Assembly: GCA_963792215.1 (NCBI GenBank)
Contig: CAWBVL010000001.1
Span: 385,646-449,645, forward strand
Direction of reading: 5' to 3'
Length of the DNA stretch: 64,000 nucleotides
Source: an uncultured Actinomycetes bacterium
Lineage (GTDB): Bacteria; Actinomycetota; UBA4738; HRBIN12
The notes below the pieces were generated by a model, which did not search any database, was not told the DNA's origin, and saw only the letters and a program-made list of their open reading frames with translations. Positions 39,844 through 50,081 of this stretch are shown here, piece by piece (the stretch's first letter is position 1; each line of letters begins with the position of its first letter). The position numbers and the translations under genes were made by a program.

Positions 39844-40926
39844 ATGCGCCGTCACATCGCTCGCGCGGCCGCCGCGGCCGCCATCGCCGCCGCCCTCGTG
39901 TTCGGCTCGGCGATCTCCGCCCTCGCGTGCGGTGGGCTCGTCGCGCCGAACGGCACGATCAGCCTGACCCGCACCACCACCCTCGCCGTGTATCACAACG
40001 GCATCGAGCACTACCTGACGTCGTTCGACTTCAGCGGCAAGGTCGGCGGGTCGCTCGGATCGATCACGCCGTTGCCGGGTGTGCCGACGAAGGTGATCAA
40101 GGGCGGCGACTGGACGTTGCAACGCCTCGAGCTCGAGGTGAACCCGCCCACGTTGGAGCGAGCCGACTTCGCAGCGGAGGCGACACCCGCGGCCGGCGCC
40201 GCGACGGTTCTCCTCCGAACGCAGGTGGACGCGCTGAACATCACGGTCCTCAAGGGCGGCGCGACCGCGGTCGGAGATTGGGCGCGCGAGCATGGCTTCT
40301 TCCTCCCGCCGGACGCGCCCGCGGTGCTCGACTTCTACGCCCAGCGGAGTCCCATCTTCATGGCGACGAAGTTCAACCAGAAGCGCGCCGCCGCGCAGGG
40401 CATCACCGACGGCCAGAGCATCCCGGTGCACGTCGTGATCCCGACGCCGAACCCGTGGGTGCCGCTGCGCATCCTGACGCTCGGCCAGCAGCCACAGTCT
40501 GTGGTCCAAGCCGACGTGTTCCTGCTGACCGACCGCGATCCGGCGATGCTGCCGCAGGCCATCGCCCCCAACGGGAGTTCCGATCAGCAGGGAACCATCC
40601 TCGAGAAGAGCGGCTGGGCGTCGAATAGCTTGATGAGCGACCTGCGCTCGGATCAACGGTCGAGGTGGATCCCCAACCAGCCGATGTGGCTCAGCTATCT
40701 GAAGATCAACGAGTCCGCCGCCGACCTGACCAACGACCTCGCGATCGACGCGAGTGGCTACGGCCATCCGGACCCGGTCGCGGCCGGCTTCGCGTTCCCG
40801 GCACTGCCGGTGCCGTCGGACGGCGCGATGGGCGCGCGGACGATCATGTGGCTCGGCACGGGCGTCGCGATCGTGGCGCTGTTCGCGCGGCGCCGCATCG
40901 GCGCCTGGGCGGTGCGATCCCGATGA
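39844..40926 (+). CDS. DUF2330-family secreted/membrane protein.
   Basis: The signal peptide ends ...ALACGGLVAP. C-terminal TM helix. The family assignment is from memory. Confidence 0.6.
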   Translation: MRRHIARAAAAAAIAAALVFGSAISALACGGLVAPNGTISLTRTTTLAVYHNGIEHYLTSFDFSGKVGGSLGSITPLPGVPTKVIKGGDWTLQRLELEVNPPTLERADFAAEATPAAGAATVLLRTQVDALNITVLKGGATAVGDWAREHGFFLPPDAPAVLDFYAQRSPIFMATKFNQKRAAAQGITDGQSIPVHVVIPTPNPWVPLRILTLGQQPQSVVQADVFLLTDRDPAMLPQAIAPNGSSDQQGTILEKSGWASNSLMSDLRSDQRSRWIPNQPMWLSYLKINESAADLTNDLAIDASGYGHPDPVAAGFAFPALPVPSDGAMGARTIMWLGTGVAIVALFARRRIGAWAVRSR

Positions 40927-41354
40927 GGCTGAAGCGACGGGGCGCGGCGGCGGCCGCACTGGTAGCGGTCGCCGCCGCCGTGGTGGTGCTCGCGGTCACC
41001 GCGGCCGCCTCGCCGCCATCGGAGCGCACCGTCTACGTCACGATCCACTTCTCGCACTTCGACCTGGCGTCGCTGCAGGTCTCGCCCGGCCAGACCGTTC
41101 GGTTCGTCGTCACGAACACGGACCCGATCGACCACGAATTCTTGGTCGGCGACGCGCAGATGCAGCAGATCCATGAGTTGGGGACCGAGGCGTCGCACGG
41201 CGCGCGGCCCGGCGAGATCTCGGTGCCGGCGGGCGCGACGGTCGAAACGACGTTCACCTTCCCCGACCAGCTCGCGCCCGGGTGGGAGTTCGCGTGCCAC
41301 CTGCCCGGCCACTACGCGTACGGGATGCACGGTCCGATCACGATGACGACGTGA
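40923..41354 (+). CDS. Cupredoxin-like (type-1 copper site) membrane-anchored protein.
   Basis: ATGA overlap with the upstream gene. H ligand (DPIDHEF) plus CHLPGHYAYGM. Confidence 0.7.
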   Translation: MRLKRRGAAAAALVAVAAAVVVLAVTAAASPPSERTVYVTIHFSHFDLASLQVSPGQTVRFVVTNTDPIDHEFLVGDAQMQQIHELGTEASHGARPGEISVPAGATVETTFTFPDQLAPGWEFACHLPGHYAYGMHGPITMTT

Positions 41355-41398
41355 TCTTTGGCTGAACCGCCGGCCGTGACCTGCTAGCGTCCGCCGCC

Positions 41399-43009
41399 GT
41401 GAGCGAGCGCGCGGACCTGATCGTCACCGGCGACGTCTACACCGTCGACGCCGCGCGCAGCTGGGCGAAGGCGGTCGCGATCCGGGGCGACCGGATCGTC
41501 GCGGTCGGCAGCGAGGCCGATGTGCGCGAGCGCGTCGGCTCGGCCCAGGTGGTGAGGGGCGCATGCGTGATGCCGGGGTTCCAGGATGCGCACATCCATG
41601 CTGCGTTCGCCGGACGGATCCGCCGTCATTGCAACCTCGACGACCTGCACAGCGTCGCCGGCTACCTCGACCGGATCGCCGCGCACGCATCGGCACATCC
41701 GGACGACGCGTGGATCGTGGGCGGCGGCTGGTACACGCCGCTGTTCGGCGGCGCCGGTCCCCATCGCGAGCAGCTCGACGCGGTGGTGCCCGACCGGCCG
41801 GTCTACCTGATGAACACCGACACGCACGCGGCGTGGGTGAACACGAAGGCGCTCGAGCTCGCCGGCATCACCGCCCACACGCCGGACCCGTGGGACGGGT
41901 ACTTCGTGCGCGACGCCGACGGTCCGACGGGTTGCTTGCAAGAGGGGACCGCGTACACCTTCTGGTCCGACCACGTGCCCGCGGACTCGACCGAGGACTG
42001 GATGGCGTCGATCCGCGTGGCGCAGGACTACCTGCACGCGCTTGGCATCACCGCGTGGCAGGACGCGTGGGTGCGCCCCGACCTGCTCGCTGGGTACCGC
42101 GCGCTCGACGACGCCGGCGAGCTCACCGCACGCATCGTCACGGCGTTGTGGTGGGACCGCCATCGGGGCATGGAGCAGATCGACGAGCTGGTCGAACAGC
42201 GCGACTGGGGCACCAAAGGCCACGTCGACGCCGGCACGATCAAGATCATGTTGGACGGCTGCCCCGAGAGCGCGACCGGCTCGATGCTCACGCCCTACGA
42301 AGGTCAGTTCGGCGAGGAGCACGGCCTCGGCATCCAGTTCGTCGAAGAGGGCGCGCTCCGCGAGGCGGTGACCCACCTAGACGGGCTCGGGTTCCAGATC
42401 CACCAGCACGCGCTCGGCGACCGCGCGTTTCGGTCGGCGCTCGACGCCGTCGAAGCAGCCCGTGCAGCGAACGGATGGAACGACGCCCGGCACCACATCG
42501 CGCATCTGCAGCTGCCCGACCCGACCGACACGCCGCGCCTGCGCACGCTCGGCGTGGCCGCGAACATCCAGCCGCTCTGGGCCTGTCCAGATCCGATGAT
42601 CGAGACGCTCACCCGCCCCCGGGTCGGCGACCGCGCCGAGCGTCTCTATCCGATCGGCGACGTCGTGCGCAGCGGCGCCGTGCTGGCGCTCGGCAGCGAC
42701 TGGCCGATCAGCACTCCCAACGTCTTCGAGGGGATGCAGGTGGCCGTCACGCGCCAGGTGATCGGCGACGGTCCCGACGCGCCGGTGCTCGACATGACCC
42801 AGCGGATCACGCTCGCCGAGGCATTGGCCGGATTCACCCGGGGGAGCGCGTACGTGAACCACGACGACGAGGCGGGGACCCTCGCCGAGGGCATGCGGGC
42901 CGACCTAGCCATCCTCGATCGGAACCCGTTCGCCGGATCGATCTACGAGATCGCCGACACGAAGGTCACAGCGACGATCGCGGCCGGGTGCCTCGTCTAC
43001 GGCGGCTGA
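41399..43009 (+). CDS. Amidohydrolase-3 (YtcJ-like) metal-dependent hydrolase.
   Basis: GFQDAHIHA... near the N-terminus and HALGDRA, HHIAHLQ, GSDWP. Confidence 0.8.
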   Translation: MSERADLIVTGDVYTVDAARSWAKAVAIRGDRIVAVGSEADVRERVGSAQVVRGACVMPGFQDAHIHAAFAGRIRRHCNLDDLHSVAGYLDRIAAHASAHPDDAWIVGGGWYTPLFGGAGPHREQLDAVVPDRPVYLMNTDTHAAWVNTKALELAGITAHTPDPWDGYFVRDADGPTGCLQEGTAYTFWSDHVPADSTEDWMASIRVAQDYLHALGITAWQDAWVRPDLLAGYRALDDAGELTARIVTALWWDRHRGMEQIDELVEQRDWGTKGHVDAGTIKIMLDGCPESATGSMLTPYEGQFGEEHGLGIQFVEEGALREAVTHLDGLGFQIHQHALGDRAFRSALDAVEAARAANGWNDARHHIAHLQLPDPTDTPRLRTLGVAANIQPLWACPDPMIETLTRPRVGDRAERLYPIGDVVRSGAVLALGSDWPISTPNVFEGMQVAVTRQVIGDGPDAPVLDMTQRITLAEALAGFTRGSAYVNHDDEAGTLAEGMRADLAILDRNPFAGSIYEIADTKVTATIAAGCLVYGG

Positions 43010-43021
43010 TACCAGCGTCCG

Positions 43022-45112
43022 TTACGGCCGCGTGACGGTGATCGTCGTGCCGTCGCTGTCGGCGTCGGGGTCGTGGTTCGCCGAGGACTGGTAGCTGTCG
43101 CCGCTCGACTGCAGGTTGGTCACGCCGAACTGCATGCTCGTCTTCTTCCGTGCGAACTGATGCATCACCGAGCACTTGCCGTTCTGATTCGTCACGCAGC
43201 TCGCGCCGACGCTCCCGGTCCAGATGCCACTGACGGTGACGCCCGCGACGTTCGCGTGCAGCGCGTCGTGCACCGTCACCGTGACCTTGGCGCGCCACTT
43301 CGTAGTCGACACAGTGGTGCCGGATCCGTCCAGGTCGCCGACGTGAAGCGCCAGGCCGGTTGCGCCACCGACGGGCCCTGTGAACAGGTCGATCGAGAAC
43401 GAGCCGCCGCTTCCGTCGCCGTCCGCCGCGGGGTAGACGCGGATCGTGTACGTCCCCGCCTTCTTCGGCCGGAAGTGCAGGGTCTCCTGCCGGCCGTAGG
43501 TGCAGTCGTCGGCGTTCCCGGCCGGGCACGTGCTGGTGTCGACCGCGAACCCAGTCGGCCCGTCGAGCTCCGCCTCGAGATCCGGCAGCCACGCGTACTG
43601 GAAACAGCCGAGCGGAGGGAGATCGATCTGGCAGACCAACGACCCGTTGGTCGTGACCGTCGCAGCGATCGGCGCGCCGAGGTCGCCAGTCCCGAGCGTG
43701 AACGTCTTGGACCAGCTCCCGCCGTTCGGCACGCTGCCGGTCCAGTACTTGTGCGTGGGGAACGGCGTCGAACCCGACGATCCGTCCGCTTCGGCGACGG
43801 CGCCGTACGCGTCGATCAGGCCGGCGCCCCAGTCATTGTCCTTACCCGCCGGCCCGGCGTCCAGCGCGGTTCCTTCGATCGCGGACCGGACATCCGATTG
43901 TTGCCAGTTCGGCTGCAGGTGCCGAAGCAGCAGCGCGACCCCCGCGACGTACGGGGTCGCCATCGACGTGCCGCTCTCCACGACGTAGGTCGACACCGAC
44001 CCGTTCTGCGCGCCGCCGATCGTGACGCCCGGCGCGACGATGTCGGGCTTGGTCCGGTTATCGACCGTCGGTCCGCGGCTGGAGAACGCTGCGAGGTACA
44101 CGCCGTCCGACGCGTACGGGTAGCTGCTCGGCGCGGACCATTCGGCCGCAGCGCCGACCGTGATCGCCGTCTTCGCGGAGCCGGGCGCGGTGATCGAGCC
44201 GGGGACGTCGCCGCTGTTGCCGGCGGCCGCGACGACGATCTTCCCGCCCGCCACCGCCGCGTCGACGGCTTGCGAGATCGCGTCCAACCCGTCCGACGGC
44301 AGATCGGAGCCAAGGCTCAGCGAGATCACGTCGACCGCCGCCCGCGCCGCACACCACTGGATGCCCTGGACTTCGAGTGAGTCGTCGCCGTTGCCGGTGT
44401 TGTCGATGACCTTCACCGCCGAGAGCGCCGCGTCGGGCGCGACGCCCTTCATCGTGTCGGCGATGGGGCCGGGACCGACGCCGTCGCCGACCGCGACCGA
44501 TGCCACGAACGTGCCGTGCCCGTTGTCGTCGTACGGGTTCGCCTTGCCGTTGACCAGGTCGAGCCAGCCGATCGGCGCCTTCGAGTCGAGCTGCTCGTGC
44601 CCGAGATCGACGCCGCTGTCGGGGATGCAGATCTGCGTACCGGCGCCGGTCACGCCGAACGCCGCCCGAGCGCCGGTCACGCCGAAGTCATTATTGGCGG
44701 CATCGTCGAAGGCGTGCACCGCGACGTTCGGCTCGACCCTGATGATGCCGGCGTGATGCGCGACCGCGTTGATCTGCCCGTCGGTGAGGTGCGCGACGAA
44801 CCCGTCGATCAGGCTGAAGGTGGTCGAGACGTGCCTCAGGCCGACCGAGCCCCGGGCGTTCGCCATCGCGGCCCGATCGGAGAAGGTGACCACGACGTCA
44901 TGGCGCGACGGACCGTTCCCGCGCGCCAGCTTCTGATCGAGCACGTCGGCGATGTCGTTCCCGTTCGTGTCGGCGAGCGTGGAAGGCGGAGGCCCGGGCG
45001 TCTTCACGGGCGGCGCCTGCGGCGAGCGCGCCAACGCGGAATGCGTCGTCAGGGCAGAGGTGATCAGGCCGACCGATGCCAGCGCCAAGACTGCGCGAGA
45101 ACGGATCGTCAC
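43022..45112 (-). CDS. Secreted subtilisin-like (S8) serine protease with C-terminal beta-rich domains.
   Basis: Catalytic triad contexts IPDSGVD, DNGHGTFVA and GTSMATPYVAG. Signal peptide. The start could be GTG 45112 or the longest ORF at 45163. Confidence 0.85.
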   Translation of the reverse strand: MTIRSRAVLALASVGLITSALTTHSALARSPQAPPVKTPGPPPSTLADTNGNDIADVLDQKLARGNGPSRHDVVVTFSDRAAMANARGSVGLRHVSTTFSLIDGFVAHLTDGQINAVAHHAGIIRVEPNVAVHAFDDAANNDFGVTGARAAFGVTGAGTQICIPDSGVDLGHEQLDSKAPIGWLDLVNGKANPYDDNGHGTFVASVAVGDGVGPGPIADTMKGVAPDAALSAVKVIDNTGNGDDSLEVQGIQWCAARAAVDVISLSLGSDLPSDGLDAISQAVDAAVAGGKIVVAAAGNSGDVPGSITAPGSAKTAITVGAAAEWSAPSSYPYASDGVYLAAFSSRGPTVDNRTKPDIVAPGVTIGGAQNGSVSTYVVESGTSMATPYVAGVALLLRHLQPNWQQSDVRSAIEGTALDAGPAGKDNDWGAGLIDAYGAVAEADGSSGSTPFPTHKYWTGSVPNGGSWSKTFTLGTGDLGAPIAATVTTNGSLVCQIDLPPLGCFQYAWLPDLEAELDGPTGFAVDTSTCPAGNADDCTYGRQETLHFRPKKAGTYTIRVYPAADGDGSGGSFSIDLFTGPVGGATGLALHVGDLDGSGTTVSTTKWRAKVTVTVHDALHANVAGVTVSGIWTGSVGASCVTNQNGKCSVMHQFARKKTSMQFGVTNLQSSGDSYQSSANHDPDADSDGTTITVTRP

Positions 45113-45238
45113 CCCGTCTACCCCTCGAGATCGAGAACTGCCCGGGGGAGTGTGGCACGACACAACCCGGTTTCCGATAGGCCGATCGGCTGCGAGTGGC
45201 CGTGCCCGTCGGTGTGGGCCGGATGGCCGACCTGGGTG

Positions 45239-45658
45239 TCAGGCCATCCAGGCGTCGATGCGCTGTTCGACCTCGCGCAAACGGATCACCAGCTGCTTCA
45301 TCATCGAGACCGCAACGGCCGGGTGCTCTAAGAGGAATGACTGGAACGCCTCGGCGCGGAGCATGACCGCCTCGACATCGGACTCGGCCTTGACGGTCGC
45401 CATCCGAGGGCCTGGGGCCAGGAGAGCCATCTCACCGAAGAAGTCGCCCGGCTTGAGGATGTGGAACCGACCACCCACGTCGACCCGCGCCTCGCCCGAA
45501 GAGATCACGAACATCGCGTCCCCCTGGTCGCCCTGGTTGAAGATCGCGGTGCCCGCGGCGTAGGAGCCGCGCTCGCCGGCGCCGAGGATCTGGTCGGCAT
45601 CTTCGGGGGAGAGCCCCTTGAACAAGCCGGTCGTGAGGGTCGGTGTCGGGTCGCTCAT
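45239..45658 (-). CDS. Stand-alone cyclic-nucleotide-binding domain protein.
   Basis: GGAGGA RBS. FGEMALL...RMATVKA cNMP phosphate-binding cassette. No HTH domain. Confidence 0.78.
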   Translation of the reverse strand: MSDPTPTLTTGLFKGLSPEDADQILGAGERGSYAAGTAIFNQGDQGDAMFVISSGEARVDVGGRFHILKPGDFFGEMALLAPGPRMATVKAESDVEAVMLRAEAFQSFLLEHPAVAVSMMKQLVIRLREVEQRIDAWMA

Positions 45659-45730
45659 CGTTCCTCCGGGTCTGAGGTTGGTCAGTCTACGTGGGGGAAC
45701 GCGTCGGCATGCCCCTGTATCCTTGGCCGC

Positions 45731-46003
45731 GTGAGGCCGCTCGACGGACCCCACGCACCGGTGGATCGACCGGCATGCTGGCGATGCGGCCGCCCGACCT
45801 ACGACCCCGACAAGCGTTCGGTGCCGTGGGCGCGAGCGGTGGCCGGCGGGCGGCAGGTATTGATCTGCCCGTCGTGTCAGGCGGACGCCGGCTGGGCCGA
45901 CGGGCTCGACCGGTGCGCTTCGTGCGGCGGCACGCGGTTGTCGATCCAGCTCGGCGATGTGGTCTGCCGAGCGTGCGGACACACCGCGAAAGCGGGCGCT
46001 TAG
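45731..46003 (+). CDS. Cys-rich zinc-ribbon protein. Its last 10 nt overlap tRNA-Val.
   Basis: CWRCG...CPSC...CASCG...CRAC gives four CxxC pairs. GTG start. Confidence 0.4.
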   Translation: MRPLDGPHAPVDRPACWRCGRPTYDPDKRSVPWARAVAGGRQVLICPSCQADAGWADGLDRCASCGGTRLSIQLGDVVCRACGHTAKAGA

Positions 46004-46066
46004 CTCAGCTGGAAGAGCGTCGCCCTTACAAGGCGAAGGTCGGGGGTTCGAGCCCCTCAGCGCCCA
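45994..46066 (+). tRNA. tRNA-Val (TAC).
   Basis: Acceptor gggcgct/agcgccc, D-arm gctc-agctggaa-gagc, anticodon stem-loop tcgcc-CTTACAA-ggcga, T-loop ttcgagc. Confidence 0.88.
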
Positions 46067-46186
46067 CTATTGAGGGACCAGGAGAGCCGTCCTGGCAGAG
46101 CGACGCTCGGGTTCCGCAGCTGCTGCTATGAGTGTTGCACCGACGGCATCGCGACGAGGTTTCGCCGTTAAGCGTAGGGTCTTGGC

Positions 46187-47632
46187 ATGCGGGCCGCTGC
46201 CCTCAGCCGCCGCTCTGTTATCGGGAGGCGCCTGGCACTCGTGCTGATCACTGCGCTTCTGGTTGGCGTGCCGCTATCGATCACGACCTCCGCTGAAGCG
46301 CGGCCAGCTATCGACCTTCAGCTGGTGAGCCAAGATCCGTTCCACAACCGGGGGTACGAGCATCGGAGCGAGGTCGAGCCTGACGTCGTCGCGCACGGCC
46401 GGACGGTTGTCGCGACGTATCAGGTCGGCCGAGCCGCTGAAGGGGGATCGGTCGCGATCGGTGTGGCGACATCCACGGACGACGGTCGCTCGTGGTCGGA
46501 CCGCATCCTGCCTGGCGCCTCGGCCGCGACGGGCGGACGGTACGAACGCGCGAGCGATCCGAGCGTCTCGTACGGCGCGCAGGGCCAGGGCTGGCTCGTC
46601 GGCTTCCTCGGCCTGACACTCACCGGGCGGTTCCAGATCCCGAGCCACACCGCCGTCTTGGTCGCGCGCTCGCAGGACGGTAGCTCGTTCGCTCGTCCCC
46701 TCGTCGTCGCGAGCGCGCCGCACGGTGTCGTTTTCGACAAGCCGTGGGTGACTTGCGACGATCACCCCTCCAGCCCCTACTTCGGCCGATGCTATGCCCT
46801 ATGGGACGAACTCGGTCTCCGTCGAGGCCCATATGACGTCGTGTTGGCGTCCACGTCTCCCGATGGTGGCCGCCATTGGAGCCCTCCAGTGCGAACCGCC
46901 GACCGAGCGCAAGGCTTCGGCGTCATCCCGCTGGTCCGATCGGATGGCACTGTCACGGTCGTCTACCGCAACATCCAGCACCCGCTGCAGCCGATGATCG
47001 CAGCGTTTGCATCGTCGAACGGCGGTCGCTCTTGGGGAGACTCGTCGGCGATATCGACGGTTCGTCGATCTCCTCGAGAGCTGCCGGTTCGCGACCCAGG
47101 GTTCCCGTCCGCCGCGATCGGACCACGTGATTCCTTGTATGTCGCTTGGTCCGATTGCCGTTTCGAGCGATCGTGTGCCGTCGATGACCTCGTCGTGTCC
47201 ACTTCGAGCGACGGCAAGACATGGACACCTCCCGAGGTTGCGGTGCGCGCAGACCCTGTGACTGCGACCTCGCTCGTGACGCCGGGCCTCGCCGTTGATC
47301 CTCGTGGCAGGCAGTCCCGAGCGGCGATCGTCTTCTATGCCGTCGGCGGTCAAAGATGCTCGAAGTTCGGCCCTCCGTCCGTGTGTTCGGTATCCGTCGG
47401 CTATGCGTCGTCGCGACGAGGCCGCTGGGGCGCTCCCATCGCGCTCGGGTGGCGCATGCGACCGAGCTGGTTCCCGTGCACACCTGCGGGATGCATGTGG
47501 GGCGACTACGTCGCCGCTACGTTCTTGCGCGATGGCCGCGTGGCGACGATGCTGCCTTTGGCGAAGCGTCCCGCTCACGAACTGGACGTCGCGATGTACG
47601 CGCCAACGGGAGGTCTGTCCATTCGACCGTAG
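46187..47632 (+). CDS. Secreted BNR/Asp-box repeat (sialidase-fold) protein.
   Basis: Signal peptide. Asp-boxes STDDGRSW, SQDGSSF, SPDGGRHW, SSNGGRSW and SSDGKTW. Confidence 0.75.
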   Translation: MRAAALSRRSVIGRRLALVLITALLVGVPLSITTSAEARPAIDLQLVSQDPFHNRGYEHRSEVEPDVVAHGRTVVATYQVGRAAEGGSVAIGVATSTDDGRSWSDRILPGASAATGGRYERASDPSVSYGAQGQGWLVGFLGLTLTGRFQIPSHTAVLVARSQDGSSFARPLVVASAPHGVVFDKPWVTCDDHPSSPYFGRCYALWDELGLRRGPYDVVLASTSPDGGRHWSPPVRTADRAQGFGVIPLVRSDGTVTVVYRNIQHPLQPMIAAFASSNGGRSWGDSSAISTVRRSPRELPVRDPGFPSAAIGPRDSLYVAWSDCRFERSCAVDDLVVSTSSDGKTWTPPEVAVRADPVTATSLVTPGLAVDPRGRQSRAAIVFYAVGGQRCSKFGPPSVCSVSVGYASSRRGRWGAPIALGWRMRPSWFPCTPAGCMWGDYVAATFLRDGRVATMLPLAKRPAHELDVAMYAPTGGLSIRP

Positions 47633-47744
47633 TAGGGTATGCGCCCCGCTGAACGGACCTACGTTCCCGGACAGGGCGGAGTGTTGCGCCTCAGGAGGGC
47701 GACGCTCACAGCGTCGTTTTCGATCGCCTCGATGTCAATGACGG

Positions 47745-48233
47745 CTAAGCGATGATGGTCAGTCGAGCCCTTTGGCAATCGTTGGTGGGATCACCGTCGC
47801 CCCCCTGACCGTTCGAGGAACAGAACGTGATCCGGACGTGCTGACCTGGCTGACCGACGGCGTACGCCGTCACGCGCACGATGGCGTAGTCACCCTCTGG
47901 CACATCCGACCATTCACACGAAGGCGTGTCGGGGGAGACGTTGTTGAAGTCCCCACTCTCTGAGTTCGGGATGATGCAGACCTCGCTCTTGATGTAGAGA
48001 CGGCGGCTATCGCTATAGGTAACGAACAGGTCAGAGGCCGTGCCCGGGCCAACGTTCTTGGCGAATGCCCGGAACGTCACGGGATACTGATCCTTCACGG
48101 TCGTGGAGGGGTGACCGTCGACCAGCGAACGCACTCGATAGACAGTGAGGTCTGGGCTGGATGCTTGTGCCGACGGTACGGCAAGTGCCAACAAAAGCAC
48201 CGCACCGATCGTGGCCTTCCCCAAGCTCTTCAT
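47745..48233 (-). CDS. Secreted beta-sandwich (CARDB-like?) protein.
   Basis: GGAGGGG RBS. Signal peptide MKSLGKATIGAVLLLALAVPSAQA. Confidence 0.55.
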   Translation of the reverse strand: MKSLGKATIGAVLLLALAVPSAQASSPDLTVYRVRSLVDGHPSTTVKDQYPVTFRAFAKNVGPGTASDLFVTYSDSRRLYIKSEVCIIPNSESGDFNNVSPDTPSCEWSDVPEGDYAIVRVTAYAVGQPGQHVRITFCSSNGQGGDGDPTNDCQRARLTIIA

Positions 48234-48320
48234 GCGAAACCCCTCCATCCTTAGGCTCAACCGTTCGGCCTTCTTGTGGATCTTGATCCTCTTCGCGCTT
48301 GCTGTCGAACGACGCGATGC

Positions 48321-48547
48321 CTAGTTCGGAGCGAAGGTGATCTGTCCCGTCCACGTGCCGACCAGGCCCGCGGCGAGCTGCGCCTCGTTGATGACACCGC
48401 CGCCATAGGCGTTCGCGTACGCCCCTGTTCCTGACGTGATGGCCTTCGTCACGCCCGTCGGCACCGAGGATGCCACTGCCTGCCTGGGAACCACAGCCAC
48501 GAAGCGACGACACACACCGTCGCCAAGAGCAGGAATCGTCTACGCAT
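48321..48547 (-). pseudogene. Small secreted protein with an apparent frameshift near 48500.
   Basis: The signal peptide MRRRFLLLATVCVVAS is in one frame. The mature part (VAVVPRQAVASSVPTGVTKAITSGTGAYANAYGGGVINEAQL...) is in the next. The length is 227 nt. Confidence 0.45.
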
Positions 48548-48552
48548 CTCGC

Positions 48553-48741
48553 TCAGGTCGCCCTTGTCCTGGGTGGCTCCGCGGCCAGGTTCGCGTACGC
48601 CTCCGAGAGGTGAAGGATCAGCCGCGCCTGCTCATCGTCCTTCACGTCTGAGACGAGCTTGGCGATCTTGTCGGCGATGGCCTCGCGAGCCGCCGCCGCG
48701 CTCCGGGCCGCTCCGGACTGTTCGTGCTGTGTTTCCGTCAT
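48553..48741 (-). CDS. Small helical hypothetical protein (62 aa).
   Basis: GGGGAGG RBS. It ends 6 nt upstream of the next gene. Confidence 0.45.
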   Translation of the reverse strand: MTETQHEQSGAARSAAAAREAIADKIAKLVSDVKDDEQARLILHLSEAYANLAAEPPRTRAT

Positions 48742-49038
48742 GAGGTCTCAACCTCCCCTGCGTGATAGTAGGCATGCCTCCTTCGACTGTGCGTCAAGAC
48801 ATCGGCCATCCGTGTAGCACCACGATACGGTCGAGTTTCTGAGTCACGCGCCCGGCCCCCTTGTTCCAGTTCGGGGAGGCGCGAACGCTTACACCTTGCG
48901 CAGCGAGGGCGGAGCGGACTCGGCGGCCCCCGACGTCGGTGAGTTGTCGATCGGTTGTCGCGAGTCTCCCCAATGTCGGTCATGGTTCCTTCGAGAGAGC
49001 CCTCGCCATTATCCTGCTCTGACTGAGGGAGGAGTGGC

Positions 49039-50034
49039 ATGGCGAAGAAAGGCATCCTCGAGCGACTAGCTGCTGGTCCGGTGGTCGGCGACGGCGGGTA
49101 CCTCTTGGAACTCGAGAAGCGGGGGTACGTCCAGGCGGGACCGTTCACCCCGGAGGTCTCGATCAGGCATCCCGAGGCGCTCCTCCAACTGCATCGGGAG
49201 TTCCTCCGCGCGGGCGCTGAAGTCATGCAAGCGCTCACGTTCTACGCCAGTGAGGAGAAGCTCGCGACCGTCGGGCTCGGCGACAAGGTCGATGAGATCA
49301 ATAAGGCTGCCACGGCGATCGCACGCGAGGCCGCGAACGAGGGCGATGCGCTCGTCGCCGGCAATCTCACGCTGACGTGGTCCTACGATCCAGCCGCCCC
49401 GGGCTCGGCCGACGTCGTGCGGCGGCAGTTCGATCGGCAGCTGCAGGACCAGATGGAGCTCGGCATCGACTTCGTGATCTGCGAGACCTACAGCTTTATC
49501 GGTGAGGCGTTGATCGCAACGGAGCAAGCGAAGCAGACCGGCTTGCCGGTCATGACGACGATGTCGTTCACGAAACTGCCCCACGCCGAGGAGGGCGACT
49601 CCGCGGCCGAATGCGCGAAGAAGCTCGTCGATGCGGGCGCCGACGTCGTTGGTGTCAACTGTCTGCGGAGCCCGGAAGCCATGCTCCCGCTGGTACGCGA
49701 GATGCGCGAGGCTGTGTCCGGCTACGTCGCGGCGCAGCCCGTTGCCTACCATGTCCCGGCCGAGAGTCCGGACTTCACGTCGCTGCCGCAGTTCCCCTAC
49801 GAGCTCGACAGACTGCAGCTGACGCGAAGGGATTTCGCCGAGTACGCGAAACAGGCGCTCGACATGGGCGTGAACTACATCGGATCCTGTTGCGGCGCGG
49901 TCGCCGAGCACGTCCGCGCGATGGCGAAAGTCATCGGCAAGCTACCGGCGGAGGAGCGCGCGTGGAAATCACCCACCGGCAAGCCGATGTCGGGCTACGA
50001 GTACTACGAACACGACGAGAAGGAGCCTGTCTAG
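49039..50034 (+). CDS. Homocysteine S-methyltransferase (BHMT-like) family protein.
   Basis: GAGGGAGGAG RBS. GDGGYLLELEKRGY...TF and VGVNC...GSCCG zinc-site cysteines. Confidence 0.82.
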   Translation: MAKKGILERLAAGPVVGDGGYLLELEKRGYVQAGPFTPEVSIRHPEALLQLHREFLRAGAEVMQALTFYASEEKLATVGLGDKVDEINKAATAIAREAANEGDALVAGNLTLTWSYDPAAPGSADVVRRQFDRQLQDQMELGIDFVICETYSFIGEALIATEQAKQTGLPVMTTMSFTKLPHAEEGDSAAECAKKLVDAGADVVGVNCLRSPEAMLPLVREMREAVSGYVAAQPVAYHVPAESPDFTSLPQFPYELDRLQLTRRDFAEYAKQALDMGVNYIGSCCGAVAEHVRAMAKVIGKLPAEERAWKSPTGKPMSGYEYYEHDEKEPV

Positions 50035-50081
50035 CAGCGTCTGTGCCTCGGTGAAACGGGGTTCTGGGGGCAGGAACGTAA

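Noticed and set aside
48742-49038. A possible SAM/SAH/cobalamin-type riboswitch in the 297-nt leader of the homocysteine methyltransferase gene.
   Set aside because: I could not match the sequence to any riboswitch consensus I know. A short ggtcatg resemblance to SAM-IV is not enough. It needs an Infernal scan, so I make no claim.
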